A stretch of DNA of 64,000 nucleotides from Bryobacterales bacterium. GTDB lineage: Bacteria; Acidobacteriota; Terriglobia; Bryobacterales; UBA6623. The notes beneath the pieces are model-generated. The model made no database searches. It was not told the DNA's origin and was given only the letters and a program-made list of their open reading frames with translations. The stretch is from contig OZ241924.1 in NCBI GenBank assembly GCA_965203925.1, positions 768,629 through 832,628 on the forward strand, in the 5' to 3' direction. Below, piece by piece: positions 46,711 through 57,603 of this stretch (position 1 is its first letter; each line of letters starts with the position of its first letter). The position numbers and the translations under genes were made by a program.

Positions 46711-48466
46711 GACTTCCTGACGTTATCTGTCGCCGAGGCTCGCAGGACCTGCTGATGTCACACCGCCGATAGGCGCAACAACGTCACTACAATCTCACTG
46801 AACTCGCGAGAAGACGTGAAGCCAACCCACGCCGGAACCAGTGATCAACGCTAACGCTCCGGGCGCGGTCTCGATCATGGGGGTTGCATCACCCCGCCGA
46901 GGTCGTCGATCACTTGGCCGCAACGCACCGGAGCCAGTGCCGCTTCGTAGGGTTGAGTAGAAGGCCGGCGGGCAGATTGCGCCGACCATGGGGGTTACGT
47001 CGCCAAGAGGTGATCATCCTACGGGGACAGATCGGACAGGTTCTTGCGACACGCTCTGACGCTCTCAACTCACGGGCCGACTCCAAATCCAGAGCCTCGC
47101 GCAACGCCACCGAATCCTGCTCCGGTGCCTACAGTCGCAGCGCCAAGCCAATCCCATGTCCGAATCCGCTGCGGCACTCCTTCGATCAGTTGGCTTGCTG
47201 CACTCGTTCTGCGATTCGGCAGACGCTCCCCGCGGGCAGCTTGCTGCCAGTCATGGAATGCCGGTCGCCGGACCGAATCCCCGGTGTGAACACTCAGCCC
47301 GGGAGCATTTGAGGTCAGGGAGAGAGGGGGCGGCTGGGCGGAGGTGATTTGGTTGAGTGGGGCTGGCTCGGGCAAGTGGCACGACTCGACGGGCAAGCAT
47401 GTTCGGCTAGGCCTGTCAGGTAGTCACGGCTAGTGCTCAGCGAATTGGCTGAAGCCAACTGAGCTGCCGTCTCCCGATGGATTCAGTGTCCGAGAGAGTG
47501 CGCTTGGCGGGGCCGAATCCACGTGGACGCACAACTGCCTGCGGGCCTGCGAACTGGATCGGGGACAGCTAGCCGTGGATCTGCGACCCTGACTGCCGTG
47601 GGAGATGGGCAGACGAGCGCAAGCGCGGACTGCACGCTCGTCCACGCTGGAGTTTGCCCGCCGCAATCGGCAACCCGCCGTTGGCGGAACGCAATGCGAC
47701 CTCCGTCCTGTCACGGACCTTCCACTCGAGGCACACATCAAAGGCAACCTGACTCAACGGCTCCGCCAGACTCTGATGACGCTGAACCGTTTACCTCATT
47801 CCCCCACCTCTACTCCCACCCGCCAGAGTCGAAGCTGACCAACGCAGGTGAGGCAGAAGACGGCATACGCGGGTAGTGCAGCATTGGCCGTCCGACTGGC
47901 TGTGCCGGCTACCTCCAGAATCCATCTCGCTGGCTTCCCATGAAGAACTAAGGTGGCAGGTGCGTGCGCAGCTCAAGGCAGTTGAGGCGGTGCAAGGCGG
48001 CCCAGTTGCGATGCAGAGGGCAGCTGGCCGGGGCATGGCCACCATTCCCCCACCGGACCACCAAGGGCTCCACACTGGCGCAGTGATGTCGATCGGTCGG
48101 CGGCCCGGCCTCTGCCGTGCGGCGTTCCAAGTGCAAACCTGGGACCACCGCTGCAGGCTTGACCGTTGTAGCGCGGCAGCATGATCTGCATCGGGGACTC
48201 CGCGCCTTTGCCACTGCTGACACTCGGACCGGGCCAAGGGCTCAACCGACCAAGGCCCTTGGCACAGACCCGATTTGGCCGTTCACGTCTATCGACGACC
48301 GGGATAGTCCGCTTCGTGGCGGCGCAAACACCGGTAGGACGGCCGCCCATGCCAATAGGAGGATGTACTTGGGGCATCATCATAGACTCGATTGTCCGAG
48401 TGCGCTCGACCTAGCGTGGCTGCATGCGAGCTGAGATGGCGCACCGTGTGGCATTGACCTACTCTG

Positions 48467-48472
48467 TATAAT
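48467..48472 (+). promoter_or_regulatory. Possible -10 element upstream of the Panacea antitoxin operon
   Basis: Perfect TATAAT about 120 nt upstream of 48589. A TTGACC lies only 7 nt before it, so the spacing is not canonical. Confidence 0.3.
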
Positions 48473-48588
48473 GTCTTCGGTCTTCGATCTTCTGGCGTCC
48501 CAGCTTCGAGACAGCGGCTGATCGGATAACCTGAAATGAGAAGGTTCTGTGCCGCCCATACGAAGGTCGGCACAGGCGGAGGAAACTC

Positions 48589-49110
48589 ATGATGTCGCAA
48601 GCAGCAGTAAAGGACAAGTTCAAGGCACTTGTCCACTTCGTCGTAAGCGAGTGTAGCGACAACCCGGCCCAGCTGGGAGCTGTCAGGCTGAACAAGACCC
48701 TATGGTTTTCGGACATGCTCGCATACAAGCAGAGAGGTACTCCAATTTCCGAGGCGACGTACATCAAGAAACCACAGGGACCGGTCGCGAGGCTGCTGCC
48801 AGCCTGTATCGAGACTCTCGTCGAGGAAGGCTGCATCGAGGTGACGGAACCGAGATTCCCCTACGAGCCTCGAAGGTTTCGCTCGCTGGCCGAACCCGAT
48901 GTGAGTAGTCTTGACAACTACGAAACGGAACTGACGCGTTTTGTCCTGAACACGCTCTTGGGACACACGGCAACCGATGTGAGCGAAATGAGCCACGATC
49001 GGATCTGGGGCATGGCAGAGGAAGGCGAGGAGATTCCGTTTTTCGCAACGCTTGGAGCCGTCAAGGGAGAAGTCACGCCCGAGGTAGTCGCTTGGGCAAC
49101 TCAGCAATAG
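48589..49110 (+). CDS. Panacea-domain (SocA/DUF4065-like) antitoxin
   Basis: KFKALVHFV...RLNKTLWFSD..AY...GTPIS..TY.K...GPV, and later SEMSH...W, matches the Panacea pattern. Confidence 0.8.
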   Translation: MMSQAAVKDKFKALVHFVVSECSDNPAQLGAVRLNKTLWFSDMLAYKQRGTPISEATYIKKPQGPVARLLPACIETLVEEGCIEVTEPRFPYEPRRFRSLAEPDVSSLDNYETELTRFVLNTLLGHTATDVSEMSHDRIWGMAEEGEEIPFFATLGAVKGEVTPEVVAWATQQ

Positions 49111-49121
49111 AGTAAGTCCTC

Positions 49122-49409
49122 TTGGCCATCCCCGGATTCCCTGACGGTTTTAGGGAAGTTGTTCGGGAAGAGAAGGTCAAGGAGTGGCTAAGGAAGCACT
49201 CAACGAACGACAGCCGACTCAACGAGGCCTTTCTCGCACTGGAATGGAATCTTGTGCACAAACCCGATGACGGGATGTGCATTGAAGGCGGTCGCATGGC
49301 ATACGTGCAATATGAGGACTCTGTTGCACAAACGCCGAGCCTGTGGGCTGTTTACACGTTTGATGATCGTACGGTTAGGATCATCAGTGTCAAGCAGGTA
49401 GGAGTGTAA
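49122..49409 (+). CDS. Small putative toxin, RelE/ParE-like fold
   Basis: 95 aa, starts 11 nt after the antitoxin. C-terminal hairpin LWAVYTFDDRTVRIISV is typical of the RelE superfamily. TTG start. Confidence 0.55.
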   Translation: MAIPGFPDGFREVVREEKVKEWLRKHSTNDSRLNEAFLALEWNLVHKPDDGMCIEGGRMAYVQYEDSVAQTPSLWAVYTFDDRTVRIISVKQVGV

Positions 49410-50404
49410 CCGTTTGAGTGGGGCGTGGATGGGAATGTCGGCATAGCGCTTGAGGATCGTCATCCAGTCGCAGGAACGGGAAATAGATCACGAACCTCGG
49501 CAGGTTGCGCCCCTTGGGCGGTCGGGGAACCAGCCGACAAAGTGGCCCCGCAGAGCCATCCGCTTGGCCGTCACTACGAATCCCACCAGGGCTAGCGGGC
49601 AGCCGTCTTCGAGTGCACAAACTAGCGGAGCGGAGCGTCTGGAATTGGACTGTGGCTGACATCGTGATCGCGCTGCACCTCGTTCCACAGGTGTCTTCGC
49701 GACTCGCTCGGACGCGGGACGGTCAGGCTCAGCCGTCGGGGCTGCGTCGGGTGACGGGACGGAGGCGAGTCCAAGGATGGAACCCTCAGAAAACCGTGCG
49801 CCTGCATAAGCAGCAGCGCCACGGAGACACCCATGGCCTCCATGCACCGTCGGGCTTCCGCCACTCCTTGTCAAGCTGCGGCTCGAGGAGGGGACGACTG
49901 ACAGCCGACCCGGCGCAGGGCAGCCGGCCGACCGGGTCCGGCGCCTCGAACTGGGCGCAACTGGCCAAGAACTGCTCCTGCGCCCCTCACACATCGATGC
50001 CGCCGTTGAAAGTGTGCCGAGCACTGATAGAAGGTTCGCCCGCACGTCCCCCGCCCTCTTGGGCGTGGAGCCGTTCGATAGCTCGCGTCCCACTAAAGGA
50101 CGACGCAAGGCTGTCTCGGCGGAACTGTTGCCAGGCGGGTCTTGTGGGCGCTGCAGGAACACGTCCAGACCCTCGCGGTGCTCCAACAGCGACTTCAGCG
50201 GCTTCGGCCCCGCGTCCGGCCGCGACAGCCGTCTGTGTCTCGCCCTGCCCCTTGGGCGTCAGATGCTCGGCTGGCTTCTTCGCATGCTCGAACAGCCCGG
50301 CAGACGCCTACAGTCACTTCTGTTGCGCCCGCAGACGCTGCGGATCCCAAATCGTCACCCGTGACCCTCGGAGTCGACAAGGTGGTCCGATGCGGTCCAC
50401 GTCT

Positions 50405-50654
50405 GCGCCGAATACACGAACACCTTGGATCACTTGCTCACGCCCGTGACGAAACAGGACGGGAGGTCAATGTCGGACGTCTTGATGACCGAGTAAAGGT
50501 CCTGCAGCTAGTCGAGGCTGGCGCAGGTACCATCGACGTCCCGAAGCGCGTCCTGTATCGGCTCATCGTACTTGTCAGCCAAGACGACGACACGTCGGTC
50601 GGTCGGGTCGTGCGGGGCTTCGAACAACTCCGCGAAGCGCTCAGGACCGGCTAG
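50405..50654 (-). pseudogene. Remnant of an AAA-ATPase-like (PD-(D/E)xK-nuclease-associated) gene
   Basis: One frame reads RRVVVLADKYDEPIQDAL...*LQDLYSVIKTSD...FVTGVSK*SKV, versus the family pattern VVLVDEYDKPIL...LYSVIKD.D...FLTGVSKFSKV. In-frame stops at 50508 and 50430. Confidence 0.65.
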
Positions 50655-51084
50655 TGAATCAACCGTGGTCCGGGTCCGCCGATCAACTGCCCTCAACCGG
50701 GGGACAGGTCACGCGCAGCCCGTCGGGCTGGCCCAGTCTGCCCTTTCAGGAATCCAGTCCACGACCGCACGGGGCGCGAGCCACTTCCCGTGAGGCTCGA
50801 TCGCCATCCCCTCGAACAACTCCCGGCTCCCTTCCGACAGATCCTTGACGGTGTCCACGAGGGGCTCTGGCCAAAGCGCCGAGGTCGCGACGGGAAGACC
50901 TGTTTGCCATGCTAGACCAACCGTAAGGCGAAGGCGGACCAGTCCACGCGATAGCCGCAGTCCCCGCGGTTCTTCGCGAGACGCCTAGGTGCCCGTCGGC
51001 AATCTCCGCGGTTTGATCTTGCCCGATCGACTGCGTGGCCGCTCTTGGGACATACGCTGATCCTGGAATTGTTCTAAGCTGGAT

Positions 51085-52530
51085 GTGGCCGAGTCCCGGA
51101 GGTCCGCATTGATATCGCGACGCAAGCTGCTGGAGTTGAGCCCTCTAGGCTTCGGGGGCATAGCTCTCGCCCATCTGCTGGCCGAGGAATCCGGGGCGAA
51201 GCGTATCGTCACACACAACGACCTCGTCGCCCGAAAAGGACACTTCCCTGCCCGCGCTAAGGCCGTAATCCAGCTTGTTCAGAACGGCGGTCCGAGCCAG
51301 ATGGACCTGTTCGACCCGAAGCCGATGCTGGCGAAGTATGCTGGCCAGCCTCACCCGGACGGCGTCGAGATCCACCAGCCGGGCAACTACAACACGCTCC
51401 TGCCGACCCCGTTTGAATTCAGCAAGCACGGCGAATCCGGCATGGATGTCTCGGAAGTCCTGCCCCACCACGCGGGAATTGTCGACCAGCTGTGCTTCAT
51501 CCGGTCCATGCACACCGAGCACAACAACCACCTCGAAGGGTTGAACATGCTGCTCACGTGCAAGATTTTTCCCGGCCGGCCGGTCATGGGTGCGTGGATC
51601 ACCTATGCGCTCGGAACGGAAAACCAGAGCCTTCCCGCATACGTTGTGCTCCGGGATCCGAAGGGCTACACGATCGGTGGCAAGCAACTCTGGGCGAGCG
51701 GCTATCTGCCCGCGCTGTACCAAGGCGTCGAATTCGCGACCACCGGAGCTCCGGTTCACCACCTGAAGCCGGCCCGGCCACTGCCGCCCGGAGTCCAGCG
51801 CGAGAGTCTCGATTACTTGGCGCGCATCAACCAACTCCATCTCGACGAGCGGCCCGGCGAAAGCGAACTCGAGGCCCGGATCAAGAACTTCGAGCTAGCC
51901 GCCCGCATGCAGGTCGAGGCGATGGACGTCGTTGACATCAACAGCGAGTCCGAGGCCACCAAGAAGCTCTATGGGATCGACGACCCGGTCCGGGGACCGT
52001 ACGGCACGCGTTGCCTCATGGCCCGCCGGCTCGTGGAGGCAGGTGTGCGCTTCGTGCAGGTGACCACGAAGCCCGGCCAGCCATGGGATCACCACAACGA
52101 ACTCGGCAAGAACATGCCTGTCATCGCTACCGAAACGGACCAAGGAGCGGCGGCCCTCGTGACAGACCTCGAAGCGCGAGGCCTGCTCGACGAGACCATC
52201 GTGATGTGGGCGGGCGAATTCGGCCGACTACCGACAACGCAGCGAAGCGACGGACGCGACCACAACCGCAATGCGTTCACGCTCTGGTTCGCGGGCGGAG
52301 GTTTCAGGCCCGGTTTCGCATACGGCGAGACTGACGACTTCGGGTACAAGTCAGTGATTGACCGGGTCAGCGTGCCGGACATGACAGCCACAGTGCTGCA
52401 CCAACTCGGACTGGACCACCGCAAGACTGTCTATCCGCACGCAGGCCGTTTCGAGACGCCATCCGATGTCACAGTCACCGGAGCGCGCGTCGTGGGAGAC
52501 ATCCTCACGAACGAGGTCCGAGCCGTATGA
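51085..52530 (+). CDS. DUF1501 domain protein (Tat signal)
   Basis: SRRKLL, ARAKAVIQLVQNGGPSQMDLFDPKP, CLMARRLVEAGVRFVQV, WDHH, GEFGRLP, GRDHN, GETDDFG. Confidence 0.88.
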   Translation: MAESRRSALISRRKLLELSPLGFGGIALAHLLAEESGAKRIVTHNDLVARKGHFPARAKAVIQLVQNGGPSQMDLFDPKPMLAKYAGQPHPDGVEIHQPGNYNTLLPTPFEFSKHGESGMDVSEVLPHHAGIVDQLCFIRSMHTEHNNHLEGLNMLLTCKIFPGRPVMGAWITYALGTENQSLPAYVVLRDPKGYTIGGKQLWASGYLPALYQGVEFATTGAPVHHLKPARPLPPGVQRESLDYLARINQLHLDERPGESELEARIKNFELAARMQVEAMDVVDINSESEATKKLYGIDDPVRGPYGTRCLMARRLVEAGVRFVQVTTKPGQPWDHHNELGKNMPVIATETDQGAAALVTDLEARGLLDETIVMWAGEFGRLPTTQRSDGRDHNRNAFTLWFAGGGFRPGFAYGETDDFGYKSVIDRVSVPDMTATVLHQLGLDHRKTVYPHAGRFETPSDVTVTGARVVGDILTNEVRAV

Positions 52531-55469
52531 AGCTGCTGCTGTTCGGCGGCGTGCTCGCCTCTACTGCCGCAGCCGTCGCCGTCCCGACCGACAGTGTCCC
52601 GGTATTCGAGAAGGATGTTCTGCCAATCTTCTCGACCTACTGCTTCACTTGTCACGGAAAGAGCTCACCAGAACTGGGCGTCGACCTTCGCACGGCTAGG
52701 TCCGTCATGCGAGGCGGCTTCAACGGCCCGGTCATCCACAAGGGCTCTGCCGAGGAGAGCCGGCTGTTCCAAAAGGTCTCAAACGCGGAAATGCCGCCGC
52801 CGGCCTTCAACAGCAAGGTTCCCGAGGCGCAGGTCGAGACGATCCGGCGGTGGATCGAAGGGGGAGCGCCTTCCGAAGCCAAGCATGAAATCCCCGAAGC
52901 GGCTCGGCAGCAGATCGCACGGTTCAAGAACGATATCCAGCCCCTTCTCAACGAAAGGTGCGTTGCCTGCCATGGCGGCGACCGCCCCCAGTCCGGCTTG
53001 GACTTGTCAACATTGGCATCGGTCCTACGGGGAGGCGTGCACGGCCCGGTCGTGATCGAGGGCTTTTCGGAGAAGAGCGTACTCATTCGTCAGCTGGTGA
53101 GCGGAGTGATGCCGCCTGAGGGGGCGGCTCAGGCACTGAGCACTGATGAAGTTGAAGTGATCCGATCATGGATTGACGAAGGCTCATTCGCCGACTACGT
53201 CGATCTCGGGAATCCCCTGGACAGGGCTCTGACCGAAGCCGAGGCCCCGCCGATTACTAGGAAGGACCGCGAGTACTGGGCATTCCGGACTCCAATAGCC
53301 GGTCCAGTCCCAGACGTGGACTCGCTAGAGCGTGTCCAAGGTCCGATCGACTCCTTCGTGCTGCACAAGCTGGAGGGCAAAGGGCTCTCCATGTCAGCAC
53401 CAGCGTCCAAACGGACGCTAATGCGCCGCGCATTCCTCGACTTGTGGGGTCTCCCACCGACCCCGGAAGAAGCTGCTGCTTTTCTGGACGACGAGGCTCC
53501 CGGCGCATTTGAGCGCTTGCTCGACCGTTTGCTGGAATCGCCCAAGTACGGTCAGCGCTGGGGGCGCTTCTGGCTGGACGCAGCGGGTTATGTCGACACC
53601 ACGGGGAAGGACTTCAGGGCCGAGAATCCGATCCTTGCTCCCGGAATGTGGCGCTACCGCGACTATGTGATCGACTCGTTCAATCGGGACAAGCCTTGGG
53701 ACCAGTTCCTTACCGAGCAACTCGCGGGCGACGAGATGCACGACTGGCGGAGCGCGGCCAGCTACTCGCCAGAGATGCTGGAGGGACTGATCGCAACGGG
53801 ATACCTGCGGACCGTCCTGGATGCAACGGACGAAGACATCTCCGATCGTCCCTCGGACCGCTACGACACCCTATTCGCCCTGATCGACAAGGTCGCGCGC
53901 AGTTCTATTGGACTGACTCTCTCATGCGCCCGGTGCCACAGTCACAAGTTCGATCCGATTCCGCAGCGTGACTACTACCGCTTCCTAGCTCTCCTTTCTT
54001 CGGCCTACAACCCGTCGAAATGGATCCAGCCGAAGAACCGCGTGCTCTATACGGTCTCGGCGACCGAGAAGGAGAAGATCGATCACCACAACGAGGAGGT
54101 CGATGCCGAGCTCGAAAAGCTGATCGCGCGCGTGAAGGTGCTCCGAGAGCCCTACGCCGAGCAGCTGGTCGAGGAGAAACTTGAGACAGTCCCGGAAGTT
54201 CTCCGAGAGGACCTGCGCGCCGCCCTAGCGACGGACGCTACAGATAGAACGGAAGTCCAGAAGTATTTGGTCAGCAAGTTCGGGCCGTCCGTAGAGGTCA
54301 CCGACAAGGAAGTCAATTCCCGGGTCTCGGCATCGGACGGCGAGAAGCTGGCGCGGCTAGAGCAGGATCTTAAGGCCTGGCGCGGCTACCGTCACGAACT
54401 CCATAAGCTGCGCGCACTCTGGGATGGCGACGAGCTACCCATGATCCGCCTGCTCCAGCGAGGCAGCGTCGAGAACCCCGGCCCGGCGGTGAAGCCGGGC
54501 TTCCTTGAGATCCTCTGCAAGGAGGGAGACGACTGCCTAGCCTCTCCCTCGCCGAACCGAGTCGGCAAGACCATGGGATACCGGCTGGCCCTCGCGGAAT
54601 GGATGACCGACCCGGAGCACCCCCTGACCGCTCGGGTGGTCGTGAATCGCATCTGGCAGCACCACTTCGGGACGGGGATCGTCTCGACGCCGGACAATTT
54701 CGGGCGATATGGCGCCCCGCCCTCTCACCCCGAACTGCTCGACTGGTTGGCGGTCGACTTCGTAAACCACGGCTGGAGGGTCAAGCGCCTGCACAAGCTG
54801 ATCATGCTCTCGTCGGTCTACCAGCAGTCGTCTCGGCGGACGGACAACCCATCGGCCGAGCGTGCCCGTGTCAAGGACCCCGAGAATCGACTGCTCTGGC
54901 GAAGGCCTCTGCGACGGCTGGAAGCTGAGGCGCTCAGGGACTCGATCCTCTCCGTCGCAGACCGGCTTGACCTCACTGCGAACGGCCCGCCAGTGATGCT
55001 GGATCCCCGTTCGGACGGCCTCCAACTTCCGGTGGTGGAGGGTGCCAACAGGAGAAGTGTGTACCTCCTAGCCCGCCGGACGTGGTCTTCAACGTTCATG
55101 ACAACGTTTGATTTCCCGAACATCGACACCACCTGCACGAACAGGGTCCCGTCGGCTACTCCGCTCCAGTCACTGACGATGATGAACAGTGACTTCGTCT
55201 CCGAGAACGCCACGGCGCTGGCTCGGCGTGCGATGCAGCGTGCAAAGGGGAGCGCGAATGGCACGGAGTCCATCATTCGCGCCGGCTATGGGATCGTCTT
55301 GTCGCGTGAGCCGACCCCGAAAGAAATCGAACTGGCAGCCGGTCACTTGGACAGGGAGCAAGCATTGTTCGCCCGCGCGAACAGCTCGGACGACGAGGCG
55401 CTCGAGAGGTCCGTCGAGAGCTTCGCGCAGATGCTCCTGAGTTCGAACGAGTTCCTCTACGTGGACTGA
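52527..55469 (+). CDS. PSD1/planctomycete cytochrome c domain protein (DUF1549 + DUF1553)
   Basis: CFTCH, CVACH and CARCH heme motifs, YGQRWGRFWLD, WRYRDYVI, ARVVVNRIWQHHFG, PSHPELLDWLA, ATPLQSLTMMN. Confidence 0.9.
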   Translation: MKLLLFGGVLASTAAAVAVPTDSVPVFEKDVLPIFSTYCFTCHGKSSPELGVDLRTARSVMRGGFNGPVIHKGSAEESRLFQKVSNAEMPPPAFNSKVPEAQVETIRRWIEGGAPSEAKHEIPEAARQQIARFKNDIQPLLNERCVACHGGDRPQSGLDLSTLASVLRGGVHGPVVIEGFSEKSVLIRQLVSGVMPPEGAAQALSTDEVEVIRSWIDEGSFADYVDLGNPLDRALTEAEAPPITRKDREYWAFRTPIAGPVPDVDSLERVQGPIDSFVLHKLEGKGLSMSAPASKRTLMRRAFLDLWGLPPTPEEAAAFLDDEAPGAFERLLDRLLESPKYGQRWGRFWLDAAGYVDTTGKDFRAENPILAPGMWRYRDYVIDSFNRDKPWDQFLTEQLAGDEMHDWRSAASYSPEMLEGLIATGYLRTVLDATDEDISDRPSDRYDTLFALIDKVARSSIGLTLSCARCHSHKFDPIPQRDYYRFLALLSSAYNPSKWIQPKNRVLYTVSATEKEKIDHHNEEVDAELEKLIARVKVLREPYAEQLVEEKLETVPEVLREDLRAALATDATDRTEVQKYLVSKFGPSVEVTDKEVNSRVSASDGEKLARLEQDLKAWRGYRHELHKLRALWDGDELPMIRLLQRGSVENPGPAVKPGFLEILCKEGDDCLASPSPNRVGKTMGYRLALAEWMTDPEHPLTARVVVNRIWQHHFGTGIVSTPDNFGRYGAPPSHPELLDWLAVDFVNHGWRVKRLHKLIMLSSVYQQSSRRTDNPSAERARVKDPENRLLWRRPLRRLEAEALRDSILSVADRLDLTANGPPVMLDPRSDGLQLPVVEGANRRSVYLLARRTWSSTFMTTFDFPNIDTTCTNRVPSATPLQSLTMMNSDFVSENATALARRAMQRAKGSANGTESIIRAGYGIVLSREPTPKEIELAAGHLDREQALFARANSSDDEALERSVESFAQMLLSSNEFLYVD

Positions 55470-55556
55470 ACTCCAGTCGGGTGGCCGTCTTGCAGACCTA
55501 TCAGGTGCAAGTCGGCCGACCAGCCGGAATCCCGGCGGATTCGCTTCGCCGATAAT

Positions 55557-56813
55557 TCAGCCGGAGCGATCGAAGCTCGGAACGGCGAGTTGCTCGCCAT
55601 TCTTCAATGACGACTCGTGAGCGACAATTCCCGGCACTGTCATCGCCAGGGATTCGTACACGTCGATCACGGGCTCGCGGTCGTGGATGAGGGCGTTGAC
55701 GAATTCCGCCGCGAGGAACACGTGGCTGCCGTCGTGGCCGCTCCCGTGCCGCATCGGAGCCGGCAGCATGTCGCTCTTCCAGTAATCCGGAATCTCGACC
55801 TCCTCGACACCTTCTCGACGGTCGAGGGCCGTCGAACGTGGCAGCCAGGCATCTCCGTGAAGCCCTCTCACGGACATGAACAGGGACCCTCGTTCTCCGA
55901 ACCAGCGGGCCTGTTCTCCGTGTCCCCCCACCAGCCAGAAGACATTGCAGCGAGCCATGTTGCCGCGGTTCGTCCGCATAAGCGCCGACTGGTTCCAGTA
56001 CGGGTTCTCGTAGCGATTCTCCTGGAGCCAGACATGCTTACCTCCCCACCCAAGGCACGAGACACGGTCGATGCGTTCCCGAGTCACTCCCACCAAGTGC
56101 CCCAGACAGTGGGTAGGGTAGTGCATCGGCGGTAAGCCCCAGCGCCAGGAACGAGACCCATCCGGCTCATAGAAGCGGGAGGACTTATCGGCCAGGAGCG
56201 CATCAAGGTCGCCGCGGTCGTGGTAGTACTCGAGTTCCGAGTAGAAGACCTCCCCGAAACCGCTCTGTCCATGCAGGTTCCGTGCGTAGATAGTGGGCTG
56301 CCTGTAATAGCTGGTCTCGGCCATCATGTATCGCAGACCGGTCCGTTCCTTCAGGTCCCGAAGACGATCGGCCTCTTCAAGGGTCATCACCGCGGGAACT
56401 GCGGAGATTACGTGGAGCCCGCGCTCCATGCACATCGAGACGTGGCGGAAATGGTCAGGGGCACCGCTGAAGACTGCAATAGCGTCAAACGCCTCCGGGT
56501 GCCGGAGCATCTCTTCCAAGGAGTTGTATACCGTCTCACACCGGTACGTCGTCTGGAGCCTGTCACGACGCTCAGCCCTCAAGTCGGTGACGCCTGCGAC
56601 CGTGCAGTTCGGATGCTCGTGCCAGTAGAACTGCGATCCGAAGCCCCCTCCCACCACTCCGATGCGAATCTCGCGAGATGACTCGGTTTGGGCAGGCAGC
56701 CCGACCGGCAATCCCGCCGCAGCAGCGATGGCGGTGGCATCAAGCAGGCGATGGCCCAAAAACTCCCGTCTGGATTCCAAGTTCCCACCTCCGATCATTG
56801 GCCTGCGGAGCAA
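55557..56813 (-). CDS. Gfo/Idh/MocA-family oxidoreductase (GH109-like), Tat signal
   Basis: SRREFL, IGVVGGGFG, HVISAVP, YMMAET, MHYPTH, GHDGSH, IDVYESLAMTVPG. True start probably somewhat downstream of 56813. Confidence 0.82.
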   Translation of the reverse strand: MLRRPMIGGGNLESRREFLGHRLLDATAIAAAAGLPVGLPAQTESSREIRIGVVGGGFGSQFYWHEHPNCTVAGVTDLRAERRDRLQTTYRCETVYNSLEEMLRHPEAFDAIAVFSGAPDHFRHVSMCMERGLHVISAVPAVMTLEEADRLRDLKERTGLRYMMAETSYYRQPTIYARNLHGQSGFGEVFYSELEYYHDRGDLDALLADKSSRFYEPDGSRSWRWGLPPMHYPTHCLGHLVGVTRERIDRVSCLGWGGKHVWLQENRYENPYWNQSALMRTNRGNMARCNVFWLVGGHGEQARWFGERGSLFMSVRGLHGDAWLPRSTALDRREGVEEVEIPDYWKSDMLPAPMRHGSGHDGSHVFLAAEFVNALIHDREPVIDVYESLAMTVPGIVAHESSLKNGEQLAVPSFDRSG

Positions 56814-57330
56814 GCAGGACCGGCAACAGGATAGCCCACGGCCAGCCCACCGAAGAGGTGCAGCCTCTCGACCGTTGTCCGCGCCTAGGTTCCAAGCCGT
56901 TGGCAGATGGATCCGCGGGTTGTGCCTGCCGGGAACTGTCCAGGTTCTTTGTCAGCCTGTGCCAGATTGACCCGCCCTCCAAGATTCGCCCGCGACAATC
57001 CCGGTGGAGCGACCTTCACCGTGCGTCTTCACAGACAGCGTTGGCGCGCCCTTCAACGAGGCGTAACCGGCACGTTCGCCGCACAGCGTTGAGGAGACTC
57101 TCGAGGAGCGCACCGAGCAGAGCCGGGGTGAATTGAATTCCGGCGGTGCCAAGAGGAAGATGGGCAACTACGCGGACCGGCATCGCGGGCCACTATCTCG
57201 CCCAATGCACCTGTGGAGGCCAACTGTGGCCAACGCACCATATTCGGAACCGTAACGGGGCCAACCGTCGGCGGGAAGCTCTCATGGCCGCCTGCAACCA
57301 ATTGAATGCCGGTTGCGCTGCCTTGGGGCT

Positions 57331-57603
57331 TCATTGGAGTCTTGCTATGAGTCGGTCGTAGTCGGCGTGCGCTCCGATCCAAAACCACGTAATGTCATCA
57401 CCCTCAAGGAGACCAACGGCACGGTATCCGAGGGCGACGCGGGCCGAGAAGATCGGCTCGTGGCCGTGCACCTTCTTAAAGCGCAGGCTTTGGTGTCGGG
57501 GATTGCTTGCGAACAGACGGTACGCTTTCCTTGCGAGCCCTTGAATATCAGTCGGCAGTGTGCGGTAGGCAGACCAGAAACGGGGCGTTGCCCTCGATTT
57601 CAC
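57331..57603 (-). CDS. ParE/RelE-like type II toxin
   Basis: MKSRATPRFW..Y..LP..IQ..ARKAY.LF..NP.H.SL.FKKV...SARV..GYRA.G......WFWIG.H.DYDRL. Confidence 0.8.
   Translation of the reverse strand: MKSRATPRFWSAYRTLPTDIQGLARKAYRLFASNPRHQSLRFKKVHGHEPIFSARVALGYRAVGLLEGDDITWFWIGAHADYDRLIARLQ

Noticed and set aside
46877-46995. Short repeat CATGGGGGTT occurring twice about 110 bp apart
   Set aside because: Only 10 bp and two copies; not a CRISPR or iteron array.
56988-57029. ARDNPGGATFTVRL, resembling a histidine kinase C-terminal end
   Set aside because: Only 14 codons with no supporting upstream N/G1/F boxes; may be a relic but is too short to call.
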